The notes under the pieces were generated by a model, which saw only the letters and a program-made list of their open reading frames with translations, had not been told where the DNA came from and made no database searches. Made by a program: the position numbers and the translations under genes. Below, one piece after another: positions 14,126-27,858 of a DNA stretch of 64,000 bases. Each line of letters opens with the position of its first letter. The first letter of the stretch is position 1. The DNA lies in assembly GCF_006345805.1 (NCBI RefSeq), contig NC_043004.1:7750001-7814000 (forward strand), written 5' to 3'. The DNA is from Octopus sinensis (taxonomy: Eukaryota).

Positions 14126-14408
14126 ATCGATCAGCTTTTGGATTTCCAGTTGGATAACATCCATCACATCCTGTTTTACATTTTGCTGAACTTCAGAAAT
14201 TATACTTTCTTTGTTGAGTTCTTGTCTTTTAGATTTGGTTTGGTTACCTAAAGAAGAATGTGTTTCTGATAAAACATTATTTTTGGTCTTAGATGCTGTT
14301 GATTGTGAAGTCTGAAGAGGTTTCTGGTTTGGAGAAATTTCTACATCATCCAAACTGTCTGTCGTAAATGATGATGTAACAGAAACACTCAGAGGATCAC
14401 TATGGCTT
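14126..14408 (-). CDS. CPLANE1: CPLANE1 coding exon 20
   Basis: ttccag|SHSDPLSVS...IQLEIQKLID|gtaagc; phase 2 to 0. Confidence 0.83.
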
Positions 14409-17244
14409 CTGGAAAATAAAACGAAACTTCATTTAATAAAATGTTTTGAATTTTCAATCTGCTGTTCCTCAACCCTTTCATTACTGTATCTATTTTGAGA
14501 AGCTTTATGTTTCTTTCAATTTCTTTAAATATAATAGAGAATTTAGTAAAATAACTTGGTTATCATTAAGCTAGCGTTAGGAATATAAATTGTGACTAAG
14601 GTTTGGTGGAAGATTTTAATTAAAAACTTATGAAAACAAGACATTTGTACTGAGAGCCAGAGCTGGTTTCAGCCGGGTTGGTAACGACAGGGTTAAGGGA
14701 AACTGCAGAAACTGGTGAAAAATAAACAGAATATGATTTGATATTGAAGATATTAAGCATATGAATATTAGAACGGTGAGCTTAAGAGTGATGAAATTAG
14801 TCTCAATAATAGAAAAGTGAAACTCCATTTTCATTTCTACATTATTATACATATGTGGCAAATAATAAATGAAATGGCTTTGCCTCTATGCTACACGGCC
14901 GGGTTTGAACTCTTAATCTTGCAATCAGTGGATTAGTAGAACCAGGAGTGCATCAGAAAAAAACTTCTTGCAATGTAAGTTCAAATCTTTCTGAAGACAA
15001 TTTTATCTTTTATTCTTTCTGAGACTGATAAACTAAGAAACCACCCAAATATTGGAGTTGATTTAATCAAGTTTATCTCCCCCACCCCAACACCCCCAGT
15101 CCCCACTTCCACCAGCCTGACTGTAGTATTGCATCCATCATAATTTTAATGTCCACTTTCTCAGGCTTGCATGAGTCAGACAGAGTTTATTGAGGCTAAT
15201 TTTTCTATGGTTGGATGTCTTTCCTGTTGCCAACCTTGACCTATTTCTGCACAAAGGTAATATTTCCTCATGGCTAGACATGTTTTCTTCACAGAAGATT
15301 GGAAATGAATGACATTGCTTGTCTGACAGGAACTCTCATTGTCAAGACAAGAATACAAACACACATGCACACAAATACAGAGGATGTTTAGGCCAAATCT
15401 GGTGGCTTCCATAAAGGCAAAAGACAACACAATATCCCACCCAACAAAAAAAGTATTTTTAAAAAATCAAAAAATATCAATTCGATTATGGCTGGGAGAG
15501 GAGTTTACTCAAAGTAGCTGCTCTTAGTTTCCACCACAGCCTCAAGACAGCTTTGGAACCTAAAATGCATTCCTCACCATGTCTCGTGGAAGATTTTTGA
15601 ACACTTCCTTCAACTTGGCCATCAGCTCAGCCTTGGTCTTGCAGGCAGAGTGGTTGGTATCCTTCTGAACTGTACCCACACAAATTTAGCCTGAACACCT
15701 TATGTATTATAGGCTTCCTTCAGTTTCCATCTATGGAATCCACTCAAGGTTTTGGTTAGCCCAAGGCTATACTAGAAGGCATTTGCCCAAGGTGGGACTG
15801 TATCTGTGTCAGGAATGAATTATTCCTGTTTCTTGAAGCCATTTCTCTCCTGTCTCATATGCCAGATGTCCAAATTAATGGGGAACCAGAGAACCAGTTG
15901 AGAAACCAGAGTCTCATATCCTGTTATCAGCACATTAGTGTGACCATGGCTGTAGCACTTGATTCTCCATGATTGGAATCACCTGGATTCAAGTAGGTGC
16001 CCCAGGATGGTAGAGATCCCTGCTGTAGGCAGTCACTCTACTGCAAAACTGTCAAGTGATAAGTTGAGTCTTGAAATGCTGAATTCAAGTCTGTTCATTA
16101 AGAAAGTTAATTGTTTCTACAGGAGATGATTTATCTTTCAACCAGATTTGATGACTGGCACCCATGCCAGTAGAGTGCTAACAGCTCCATCCGAGCAGGA
16201 TCACTGCCAGAGCAGCTGTCTGGCTTCCATGCCGGTGGCATGTAAAAAGCACCATTTGAGTGTGATCGTTACCAGTGTCGCCTTACAGGCACTTGTGTCG
16301 GTGGCACGTGAACAAAACATTTGAGCAAGGTTGTTGCCAGTGCCGCTGGACTGACTCCTGTGCATGTGGAATGTAAAAAACACCATTTGAGCATGGCCAT
16401 TGCCAGTACTGCCTGACTGGCCCTCATGCTGCTGGCACGTAAAAGCACACACTACACTCTCGGAGTGGTTAGCGTTAGAAAAGTCATCCAGTTGTAGAAA
16501 CTCTGCCAGATCAGATTTGAGCCTGGTGCAGCCATCTGGTTCGCCAGTCCTCAGTTAAATCATCCAACCCATGCTAGCATGGAAAGCGGACGTATGATGA
16601 TGATGAATATTCAATTCTACAAAAATCAAAAATAAGTAGAATATGGAGGTCTGAGAAAGGAAAAAAATATTTCCTTCTGAAGAGCAGAGAATTAGATTCA
16701 AACAGATGGTAGATAAATCTATGGAAGGATAAATACAGATAAATTTTCCAGGAAGATTAACTTATTTTACAAAATTTCTGCAAATTTGAGTAAATTAATA
16801 AGGCACCTGCAGTTGGTGTTAGGAAGGGCATCCCGCTGTAGAGACCAAGCGAAATCAGACTGGAGCTTGGTGCCGCTCTCTGGCTTATCAGTCCTAGCCA
16901 AACCATGCCAGCATGGAAAACAAATGATGATGATGATGTAAATAGGTTGAGAAAAAAAGATATTCATTTATGCTTGATGGAAAACAAACCATCATAAAGA
17001 TAAGATGCTTCCACTTAAAAATATGGATATAACTGGTTTCCTTTGCCTCAGGCTTTTATATACCAATTTTTGTGTTAAGAAAATGGTGTAGTCTCAAAGT
17101 CTAAGGAAACAAGCAGGATTCAAAGTTATGAATCCAAGTGCCAGACATGCCAGGACCTAATCTACTTCAGATGGTTGCTTAATTTACAACATTGGGTGTA
17201 AGACTTTGAAATAATTAAAAAAACTTAGACAAGAATTGACTCAC

Positions 17245-17316
17245 TCTTGGGTCTGTTGAGTCTCAGAAACTGCTGAGACATTGCTGAGTTCTGTGGCAAA
17301 ACTCCCTTCATTGATA
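17245..17316 (-). CDS. CPLANE1: CPLANE1 coding exon 19
   Basis: tttcag|INEGSFATELSNVSAVSETQQTQ|gtgagt; 72 nt, phase 2 to 2; supported by splice sites and phase only. Confidence 0.72.
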
Positions 17317-18124
17317 CTGAAAAAATATGCAAATAAAATTATGTATAACAAAACAAAAGTTTACACATCAGCATCATTTTATATGCAATCATAAAAAAGA
17401 AAATCTTGAATTAAATAGTTTTACATTAGTTTAGAATTGACTGAAGATATTTATATTGAAACCACCAACATTTCGTAGAACTTACATTAAATTTCTTCAA
17501 GCAAAACCATAAAGTAAAAACAAAACCAAGTATTTTGCTAAGATAATGAGGGCTAATAAGAGGTAAAGGTGGGGAGTAGAATAGATTTCTGCTGGAGCAC
17601 CATTCAAGCATGAGTCGATGCCAGGGCTGCCTGACTGGCTCCCCATATCGGTGGCACATAAAAAACACCATCCGAACATGGCTGATGCCAGTTCCCAACA
17701 ACTGGCTCCTGTGCCGGTGACACATAAAAAGCACCATCAAAATGTGGTTGATGCCAGTGCCGCCTGACTGGCTCCCATGCCAGTGGCACGTAAAAAGCAC
17801 CCACTACACTCTTGAAGTAGTTAGTGTTAGGAAGGGCAGTCAGCCATAGAGACCTAGCTAAATTAGATTGGAGCCTGGTGCAGCCTCCTGGGTTGCCAGT
17901 CCCCAGTCAAACCGCCCAACCCATGCCAGCATGAAAACCGGATGCTAAACAATGATGATGATGATGAATGGGATAATGATTAAATTTTCAGGTATTAAAC
18001 ATAGTAGTTTACTCAGTGGTTATGAGTCAGTCAACCAGTGTGTACCCTGGTTCAAATTCAAGTGGAATGAGCCGGTGACATCACAATTAGGGGATTAACT
18101 AAAGAGAGCCAGATTTAATAAAGA

Positions 18125-20650
18125 GAGCCAGTGAGGTGGCACTGGCAACGACTATGCTTGAATGGTGCTTTTTATGTGCCACTAGCATGAGACCAGTCAG
18201 ACGGCACAGGCACCGACCACATTCGTATGGAGCATTTTATGTGCCACTGGCACGGATGCCAGTCTGCTGGGACTGACATTGCCACGCTCAAATGGTGCTT
18301 TTTATGTACCAGTCAAACGTCGCTGGCATCAGCCACAACAATGATTTCACTTGACTCAACAGGTCTTCTCAAGCACAGTATATTGCCCAATGATTGAAGG
18401 ACACTCTTAAAGGGGCTGATTATGCGACACTGGCATAGGTCACGGTTACGGTCTCATTTGGCTCGCTGAGTCTTCTTAAGCACAGCATATCTCTAAAGGT
18501 CTCAGTCACTTGTCATTGCCTCTGTGAGGCCCAACGTTTGAAGGTCGTGCTTCACCACCTCATTCCAGGTCTTCCTGGGTCTACCTCTTCCACAAGTTCC
18601 CTGTACTGCTAGGGTGTGACACTTTTTCACACAGCTGTCCTCATCCATATGCAACACATGATCATACCAGTGCAGTCATCTCTCTTGAACACCACATCTG
18701 ATGCTTCTTATGTCCAAGGTGCTTACAATTTGTTGTATATGCACACTAACATTACACACATCCAGCGGAGTATACTACCTTCATTTCTTGCAAGCTTACA
18801 CATGTTTTCAGCAGTCACGGCCCATGTTTCACTACAGTGTAGTAGGGCTGTTCATACACATGTATCATACAGTCTACCTTTCAGTCTGAGCAAGAGCCCC
18901 TTTGTTACCAGCAGAGGTAGCAGCTCTTTGAACCCAGGCTATTCTTACTCTAATAGCTATGACTAGATAACGGAAACTATCAACTACTTCTAGTTTTTCT
19001 CCCTGGAATGTGATGGAAGCTGTTTTCTGCATATTTTCAGTGTTTATTGCCCCTGTGCATTGCCACACACAAACATTATCTTCCCAGTTAGCCATTCTTT
19101 GATATTGCTGCACCTCTTATGTGTCCATAGCTTACATCAGGTACATCTTATGGAGTTTCTACCTACACCTTTTCTACAGATCGAGCTAGGCTATCCACCT
19201 GTAGGGATTTGTGGTTTGTCTGCCTTCCTACTTATTAAGACTTTGGTTTTTGCTAGATTGACTCTAAGGCCCTTCAATTCTAGACCTTGCTTCCACACCC
19301 TAAATTTCTTCTCTAATTCTGATAGTGATTCAGCTATTAGAGCAAGGTCATCAACATATAGGAGATACCAGGGGCATCTCATCTTGAATTCCTCTGTTAT
19401 TGCCTGGAAGACTATGATGAATAAGAGGGGCTTGAGCACTGATCCTTGGTGAATTTCTACTTGTACCCTGAAATCTTCACTATACTCGTTGCTGAGCCTC
19501 ACTTTACTGACAGCATCCCTGTACCTGACATGTACAGCTCTCACTAACCACTCATATATCCCTAGTTTCTAGATTGTCCACAAGATAAGGGATCAGGGGA
19601 CCCTGTCAAAAGCTTTCTCCATGTCAACAAAAGCCAAGTACAGGGGTTTATCTTTGGTTAGGTATTTCTCCTGCAGCTATCTTACCAGAAATATTGACAT
19701 CAGTGGTGCTTCTCCCTGGCACAAACCCAAATTGCATCTTGTCTAAACTAACTCTCTCCCTAATTAGTTGGGCTATGACCCTCTTTATGACTTTTATCAC
19801 CTGATCTAACAATTTGACACCTCTGAAATTATTTGTATCTAGGGCGTCACCTTTACCTTTGTAGCAGTTGACTATGGTGCTGCTACACCAGTCATTGGGT
19901 GTGACTGCTTCATGTATCACCTGATTGACTATACAGGTGACTAGACAATAGCCGACACTGCCAGATATTTTAAGCATCTCTGCAGTGATTCCTGATGGGC
20001 CAGGGGCTTTCCTTGTCTTCACACCTTTAATTGCTTTATCTACCAAGGTACTGTCAATTTGAATAGCTGGTCCCTCTGTTGGGTTGACATTTGGCAGGCT
20101 CTCTTTCTCCCATTCATTCTCTTCCTTTAGCAACCTTTCATAGTGGCGTCTCCAGGTCTTTCTCCTAGCAGCCTCATTTAACGCAAGTGAGCCGTCATCC
20201 ATGCAGACACATTTCTCTCCTATGACATCTTGATTCTCTGTCACACACTGTCTTGCAACACAAAACACCTCAAGTCTTTGGCCCTCGCGATGCAGAACAC
20301 TGGGAAAATATTTTCTTATCTGCCTCCCCTCTTGCTAAGTAAACCTATCTCTCCTAGCTTCTCTTCTGGCAATCTGACACAGTTCCCTGCTACCACTGTT
20401 CTTCCAGTCCTTCCATGCTTGTTTCTTTTCTCTAATGGCCCTGTCAACTACATTGTTCCACCACCATGTTACCTTAGACCAAGATGGGACTTTGCACCAT
20501 CCCCAGATCTGGTCAGAAGCCCTCAACAGGTTGTCCCATAGGAACCTCCAGTTGTTTTCCACATTATGTGATGCTATGTCCTCCTTTTTTTCATCAAAAG
20601 CTTCAAGTAACACGTCTCTAAATCTCTGTCCATTCACAGGAAATTTGTAA
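18125..20650 (-). mobile_element. Degraded 5'-truncated RTE-clade LINE with reverse transcriptase
   Basis: KAPGPSGITAEML, NNFRGVKLL, QFGFVPGRSTTD, IHQGSVLKPLLF and LLYVDDL spread over several frames; continues into the family 3'UTR. Confidence 0.92.
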
Positions 20651-21308
20651 ACACTACTAAATTTACTGCAACTTGATTAAGTTTTCAATTCACCAGGGCT
20701 AATTATAATGTTTGGACTAGTTACTAGCATCTAAAGTGTTTTGCAGTAAACAGATCTTCCCATACTTTAAACTCTTCTCCTAACAAGCTGCTCCCTTGGG
20801 TTTCACAACCTTGCAAGCTGCATGGCGACCTTACTAGTGTCAGTGGCATGAAAAAAAGCATTCAGCACATACTGTAAAGTGACTGCCATTAGTAAGGGCA
20901 TCCAGCCATTGAAACCCTGGAGTACAAGGCCGTGTTTGAGCCCAGTGAAGTCAGTTAAACCATCCAACCCATGCCAGCTTGGAACATGGACATTAAATGA
21001 CGACGATGATGATGATGTTTGGTAATCACAGCTGCAAACACAAAGTTACTAATTAAGTCAGTAAGGGAATCTTCACATGGTCACTTAACCTGCAAAAAAT
21101 AGCAGCCAAATCTCTCTCTCTCTCTCTCTCTAGCTTAATCAGGAGGAAGGACTCACAACCAGCTGTTTTAAAAGGATAAGCATACATGTTGGATAATTAG
21201 TTTTACATACACAATCATGTCTAAAACACAACAGGATAGCCATCTTTGATCAGAGCCAATCAAAGACTAATTAACAACAACAACAACAACAACAACCAAT
21301 TTACTCAC

Positions 21309-22924
21309 GTGTGGAGAACGTATTCGTACGCTTGATTCACTTCTTCACGTTCTTCTTGTTCTTCCTCTTCCAGGTTTTTAAATTTGAGAGGTTTCATCGT
21401 TTCCAAAGGATTCCATACCACTTTCTGTTTTTGTTTTTTCTTTTTTTTATTAGTTTTGCTGCCAATTTTATTTGATGTCAAAGACTGAGTTTCCTGTTCA
21501 TTTCTGGCTTCAATTCCATTCTCTGAACTTCTCAACCATTTTCTAAATTCTTCTTTGTCAAATGAAAGAGCTGGAGGAAGCGAAGGCTCTTTGTCTTTTG
21601 ACAGAGATGAAGAATCACTCTTTTTCTTTCTTTTCTTCTTTTCTAAGTGACTTCTGGAACTCTGAAAAGTCAGTTTCTTGGAGGTTTCTTTTAGACTGGA
21701 AGCAAACTGGACTGAATGGTTATCTGTAGTTGTATTAGTTAAAGGATAATACTTCTGTTCCAAAAGCCACAAAGCAAGAACCAACAACTGAGGCTGGACA
21801 ATGGCATGCATGGCAGAATCTCCATCTTTTTGTTCCTCTTCAAGTTGAGAAATGAGAATATGGTTCTTTTTAGCCCACATAATCAGCCAATCAACCAACT
21901 GGTTCAGTTTCAAATACTGAGAACCAAAATCAATATCAAATGACCACAGAATATTTTGTTTGTCTGAAATACTATCCAAAGATTTTGATCTGTTACTCCG
22001 TGGCATCGTCGTTTCTCTACATCTGTCCTGCCTCCTTTTAGCTTGGCTCCACAACTGTCTTTTCTCAACTGCAGTCATTTGACTAACAGGACTTGTAGCA
22101 GAGTAGTGACATGAGGCATCGGCTGAATGACTCCGATTAAAAAGACCTTTGGTTTTTTTAGGAGTTTGTTGATTAACTGAACCAAAACTTGGATCCAATA
22201 TATTACTGGAATCTTGGAAATTGGTCGCTTCTTTGCATGGCTTTGATAAAATAAGCAGACTCTGTTTAGGATGTCGACCTGTCATTGTTCGAAATGGCAT
22301 GGATTCCATTTGCATGGCAACAATTTCTTCCGTGAATACATCAAGCAATGGGGAGAATGACTTTGATTGTGATCTCTCTTCTTCCAGAAGTTTTGAAAAG
22401 GAAATGTCATAAAACATATCCAAGAATTTACCATATGATTCACATGTTTCAAATGGGAAAGAACCAACATTAATACTATGTTCTGTGGCGGTTTTGGAAT
22501 CAAACATAAACTCACAGTAATTTCCAAAGTAGTTCTTTTTTTTATCCATAGTCTTCTCCACAGAACTGCAATATTCTTGGAAGTATACTGACAAAGACTT
22601 CTCAGATGAAGAACTTCTTCTGATAATGCCACTTTTTTGCTTAATACTTTGGACCTTGATAACTGGAAATGTTTGCCATCGTTTCAACAAAATTTCCAGT
22701 TTTTCTTGAACTTCAGAATCAAGCTGTTCCACATCGTGACAGAAAGTTGCCAGGATTTGAGCTGTATAAACTGAAGGTTCCAATTCTGATAAAACTGAGA
22801 GAAGAACTTTGTAAGACCATTCTTCATCAGCTAAATAATGGCTGAATGGGATGAAATGAACATTCCAGGTAAGACAAACTTCACACAAAGCACACCATTC
22901 TTCATCTTTTAATGTAGATGGTTT
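21309..22924 (-). CDS. CPLANE1: CPLANE1 coding exon 18 (1616 nt)
   Basis: tttaag|KPSTLKDEEW... within ORF 21305..22975; contains YGKFLDMF, LVDWLIMWAK, LALWLLEQ; donor AC|gtgagt; phase 0 to 2. Confidence 0.92.
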
Positions 22925-23984
22925 CTTAAAAAGTAAATAAAATGAATACAGAAAATTATATTTAATGCTTAGCAAACAAAACAGAGTTTTTTTTATTTCT
23001 AAAAAATAAATTAGGGAAAAAAGTAATTTTAATATGTTTAAAGGGAGATTAGCAAGTGTATTCTAGTTTTAGAGAAGGTAGATTCTGTTCCTGCAAGTTG
23101 TAAGAGGCAACTAAAAGGGTTGGCAACACAAAAGGGCATCCAAGAACACAGGCATCCTAGAAGACAGACCCAGTGAAACCAGTTGACCGATGCCGGAATG
23201 GAAAAGTGGACATAAAATGGTGTTGAAGGACAGGGATGCTTAACCCTTTTGCATTTAAACCAGCCCTATTTGGCCCAAATAGTCTTCCAGTTTTATGTTC
23301 AAACTGAACAGATCTGGTCTCTCACACCTATCCTACAATGTCGTTCTAAAAATAAACTATCACATCATCAAAATCTCAAAGTAACAGGTTAACACGAGAT
23401 TAACTCAAAACAATTTGAATAAATAAACATTACATTTAAAAGTAATCTGAATGCAAAGTGGGGTCAAAGGGTGAAACTGGGGGGGAGGTATTAAATGTAC
23501 CGTGGACTGACCAATAGAAGACAGGAAAAAAAGATGGCGGTGCAAGAAAAAGTGGTCTCAGTTTACTTTGCAGCTCTGTGGTTATGTGACACTTTGGATA
23601 AATGTCTTCTGCTCTAAGATTTCACTTGACCAAGCTCATTATTATTGTTTAGGAGACTTTATCCCTTGCCTGGTGCCTTTAATAGGGGTAATGTCTTCAT
23701 TCCCTAAACCAGTGGAGGCTAAAGTCATTGCTGTCCGAGGCTGAAACTCTGTACACATCCATGTAGGCGTGGTTAAGTGACCACAGATCGTTTTGGAACC
23801 ATGTAGCTTTGTATTCCATTCCTTTCTAAATATCCGGAAGCTAATACAGGATGGGGATTATACATGGATAAACCAAAAATAGAATTTCAATGCCCGACAC
23901 TTGGATTGAAATCGCTGCACAAGGGAGGAAACTCTACACTCACTGCTTACTTGAGTAAAAATCTGGTTTAATGAAAAGTACATT

Positions 23985-24385
23985 TTACTCTTTTACTCTT
24001 TTACTTGTTTCAGTCATTTGACTGCGGCCATGCTGGAGCACCGCCTTTAATCGAGCAACTCGACCCCGGGACTTATTCTTTTGTAAGCCCAGTACTTATT
24101 CTATCGGTCTCTTTTGCCGAACCGCTAAGTGACGGGGACGTAAACACACCAGCATCGGTTGTCAAGCAATGCTAGGGGGACAAACACAGATACACAAACA
24201 CACACACACATACATATATACGACGGGCTTCTTTCAGTTTCCATTAACCAAATCCACTCACAAGGCTTTGGTCGGCCCGAGGCTATAGTAGAAGACACTT
24301 GCCCAAGATGCCACGCAGTGGGACTGAACCTGGAACCATGTGGTTGGTAAGTAAGCTACTTACCACACAGCCACTCCTGCGCCTG
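23985..24385 (-). mobile_element. Full-length tRNA-derived SINE with (gagtaaaa)n tail
   Basis: Head ggcgcaggagtggctgtgtggtaag...ggttccaggttcagtccc; related copies near 2600, 12330-12650, 15700, 43305-43890 and 56510. Confidence 0.85.
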
Positions 24386-25877
24386 TAAACAATTTGCAAA
24401 ATTGTAACCAATTTGAAATTTAGTCAGTAAATGTAAAAATTACATATTAATTCGCTAAATGACATGAAACACCGACCAAATTATACCTTTCTGATGATGA
24501 TTTGTGCCAATTATTATACCTCTAAAATTACTTATCAGTAATTGTGCTTGAGGAGACCTATTGAGTCAGGTACATCAACATCAAAATAAATATCAAATGG
24601 AAATTGTAGTTGTGATACCTGTGTTGGTGGCACATAAAAAGCACCATCCGAACGTGGCCGATACCAGCACTGCCATGACCGGCTTTCGTGCCGGTGGCAC
24701 ATAAAACGCATCAACTGATCATGGCTGTTACCAGCCTCGCCTGGCACCTGTGCCGGTGGCACTTAAAAAGCATCCACTACACTCATGGAGTGGTTGGCGT
24801 TAGGAAGGGCATCAAGCTGTAGAAACATTGCCAGATCAGACTGGAGCCTGGTGCAGCCTTCTGACTTCCCAGACCCCGGCTGAACCGTCCAGCCCATGCT
24901 AGCATGGAAAACGGACGTTAAATGATGATGATGATGATGATATTTCTAGTCTTCAGTCAAAAAATTCAGTGTCAGGCACTCATTTGTGATTTGATATCAA
25001 ACCAACTGAGACATAATATGGATACGTATATTGAAATTCTACACTCTGCAGATTTCATTAATGTTGAAGTTGATTAAATCATCCATAATGTGTGTCAAAT
25101 ATTTATCAGCCTTGGAGGCGATTGGCAAAGTTGGCCATCTTAGAGTTTTTACTCAGAATATATCATCGTCACATTACGTTTCTTTTTTTCCTCATTTTGG
25201 CACAGCATTTGTTGCAGGCTCTTTGTCATTTCCATTGGGAAATCTAAGACCTGTAATGAGACTTCAGCACTTCTTTGATCATTTATGCAGGCTCCTTCCA
25301 CTTTGGTCGCCTGAGACTTCTTCAATACCTCACGTCATCTTTCACAGGCATCACATGTCCATAACGGTTCAGCAGTCTTCTCTCTTGTACTCTACAACTA
25401 ATTTATCTGATGTTCTTTTTCCCCTCTTACCTCATCCCTGCTCAGTTCTCCATACACACTTACATTACACAATCTTTCTTTTTTCCTTGCGCCCTTTTCA
25501 AGCCTAGCCAGGCTCATGGGCCCGGTTTCCTGGTTTCTATGGCGTATGTGTTCCCCCCAGCTGGACGGGACACCAGTCCATCGCAGCATTACTCAAGAAA
25601 CAGGAAGAAAGAGTGAGAGAAAGTTGGGGCGAAAGAGTACAGCAGGGATCGCCACTACCCCTGCTGGAGCCTCGTGGAGCTTTAGGTGTTTTCGTTCAAT
25701 AAACACACACAACGCCCAATTTATTTATTTACACAGAAAAACTAAATAGTCAGACAACTCTGGGGAGATTTGAACTTAGATTTGAAGAGAGCCAAATTTA
25801 AAATATTTCTGTGAGGCATTTAGTTTAGCAATCTACCAGTGACGATAATGAAATTAGTAAAAGATAGGAACACTTAC

Positions 25878-26093
25878 AATGCGCTGCCTTTCTATGTAAG
25901 ATCTTCGCAATCTGTTATGCAATGACAGCTGGTCACGGACATGTAGGAACCAGGTGAGTCCACAAAAGTTCCGAAACGAAGAGAATATTGGTAAAAATTT
26001 GGTATTAGTTGTAAATGATTGAAGATTAGATTTCACACTTCCCAGATGCAAAAGTATATCTGGAAATTCCATAATTGGACCATCAAATTCTTT
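25878..26093 (-). CDS. CPLANE1: CPLANE1 coding exon 17
   Basis: atatag|KEFDGPIMEFPDILL...FRNFCGLTWFLHVRDQLS...QRI|gtaagt; phase 0 to 0. Confidence 0.92.
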
Positions 26094-26911
26094 CTATATA
26101 AAATGAAAATGGAAAAAATAGAGAGAATATGGTTAAAAAATTTCCAGCACTTTCTACAATGGATACGTTTTTTTTTTATAATTAAAAGTCATTCTAAGAC
26201 AATCACATCATCAAAATCTCAAAGTAACATGTTAACACAAGATTGACTGGCTCCTGTGCCGATGGCACTCAAAAGGCACTGTTTGAGCATGGTTGTTGCC
26301 AGTGCCACATAAAAAGCACCCATTACACTCTCTGAGTGGTTGGCATTAGGAAGGGCATCAAGCTGTAGAAACCTTACCAGATCAGATTGGAGCCTGGTGC
26401 AGCCTCCTGGCTTGCCAGTCCTCAGTCAAACCGTCCAACCCATGCCAGCATGGAAAGCAGATGTTAAACAATGATGATGATGATGATAATAATCTTCTGT
26501 CACCAATACTTTTTGGGTAAAATTTCGGTGAAAATTTTCGAAAAGTCTTTGGGGAAATTTTCGGCAAAAATTTTTGAGTAAAATTTTCGGTGAAAATATT
26601 CGGTAAATTTCCGAAAAATTTTTGGGGAGAATTTTCAGTGGAACTCTTCGAAAAGTTTTGGGGGAAAATTAACGGCAAAAAGTTTTGGGTAAAATTTCGG
26701 TGAAAATTTTCAAAAAATCTTTGGAGAAAATTAACGGCAAAAAGTTTTGGGTAAAATTTTCGAAAAATTTTTGGTGAAAATTTTCGGTAAATTTTCGAAA
26801 AATTTTTGGGGAGAATTTTCGGCAAAAATTTTCAAAATATTTTTGGGAAAATTTTTGGTGAAAATTTTGGAAAAATTTTTGGGTAAAATTTTTGGGGAAA
26901 ATTTTCGAAAA

Positions 26912-27113
26912 CCCATATAACGAATATGCTCCATATGCTGAAGTCTATAAAAGTCGATATCGTCATAGTTGTTAAGTGTAAGGCAGAATCTGGTGTATCG
27001 GGGATGGTGAGGCATCTTGACTGTAATATTAAACCAGAATTCACTCTATACACAGAAAAAAGCAGCAAGAGCTACATAAAAATCTATTTTTAGCCATAAC
27101 ATCTATTTTTAGC
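26912..27113 (-). mobile_element. Endogenous CRESS-DNA-virus-like ori plus Rep N-terminal fragment, copy 1
   Basis: ATG at 27015: MPHHPRYTRFCLTLNNYDDIDFYRLQHMEHIRYMGF; TAATATTAC at 27031-27023; repeated ATCTATTTTTAGC at 27082 and 27101. Confidence 0.75.
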
Positions 27114-27378
27114 TTGGGTAAAATTTTCCACAAATTTTTGGGTAAAATTTTCGTAAAATTTTTGTGGAAAATTTTCGTAAAAGTTTTGGGTAAAATTTCG
27201 GTGAAAATTTTCGAAAAATCTTTGAGGAAAATTTTCGGCAAAAATTTTTGGCTAAAATTTTCGGTGAAAATTTTCGGTAAATTTTCGAAAAATTTTTGGG
27301 AAAAATTTTTGGGTAGAATTTTCGGTGAAAATTTTGGAAAAATTTTTGGGTAAAATTTTCGGTGAAAATTTTCGAAAA

Positions 27379-27581
27379 CCCATATAACGAATATGCTCCA
27401 TATGCTGAAGTCTATAAAAGTCGATATCGTCATAAGTTGTTAAGTGTAAAGCAGAATCTGGTGTATCGGGTATGGTGAGGCATCTTGACTGTAATATTAA
27501 ACCAGAATTCACTCTATACACAGAAAGCAGCAGCAAGAGCTACATAAAAATCTATTTTTAGCCATAACATCTATTTTTAGC
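27379..27581 (-). mobile_element. CRESS-like ori/Rep fragment, copy 2 (frameshifted)
   Basis: ATG at 27483: MPHHTRYTRFCFTLNNL* (+1 insertion); nonamer at 27499-27491. Confidence 0.75.
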
Positions 27582-27858
27582 TCGGATAAAATTTTTCGAA
27601 AAATTTTTTGGTACAATTTTCAGTGGAACTCTTCGAAAAGTTTTTGTGGAAAATTTTCGTAAAAGTTTTGGGTAAAATTTCGGTGAAAATTTTCGAAAAA
27701 TCTTTGGGGAAAATTTTCGGCAAAAATTTTTGGCTAAAATTTTCGGTAAATTTTCGAAAAATTTTTAGGAAAAATTTTTGGGAAAAATTTTCGGTAAATT
27801 TTCGAAAAATTTTTGGGTAGAATTTTCGGTGAAAATTTTGGGTAAAATTATTCGAAAA

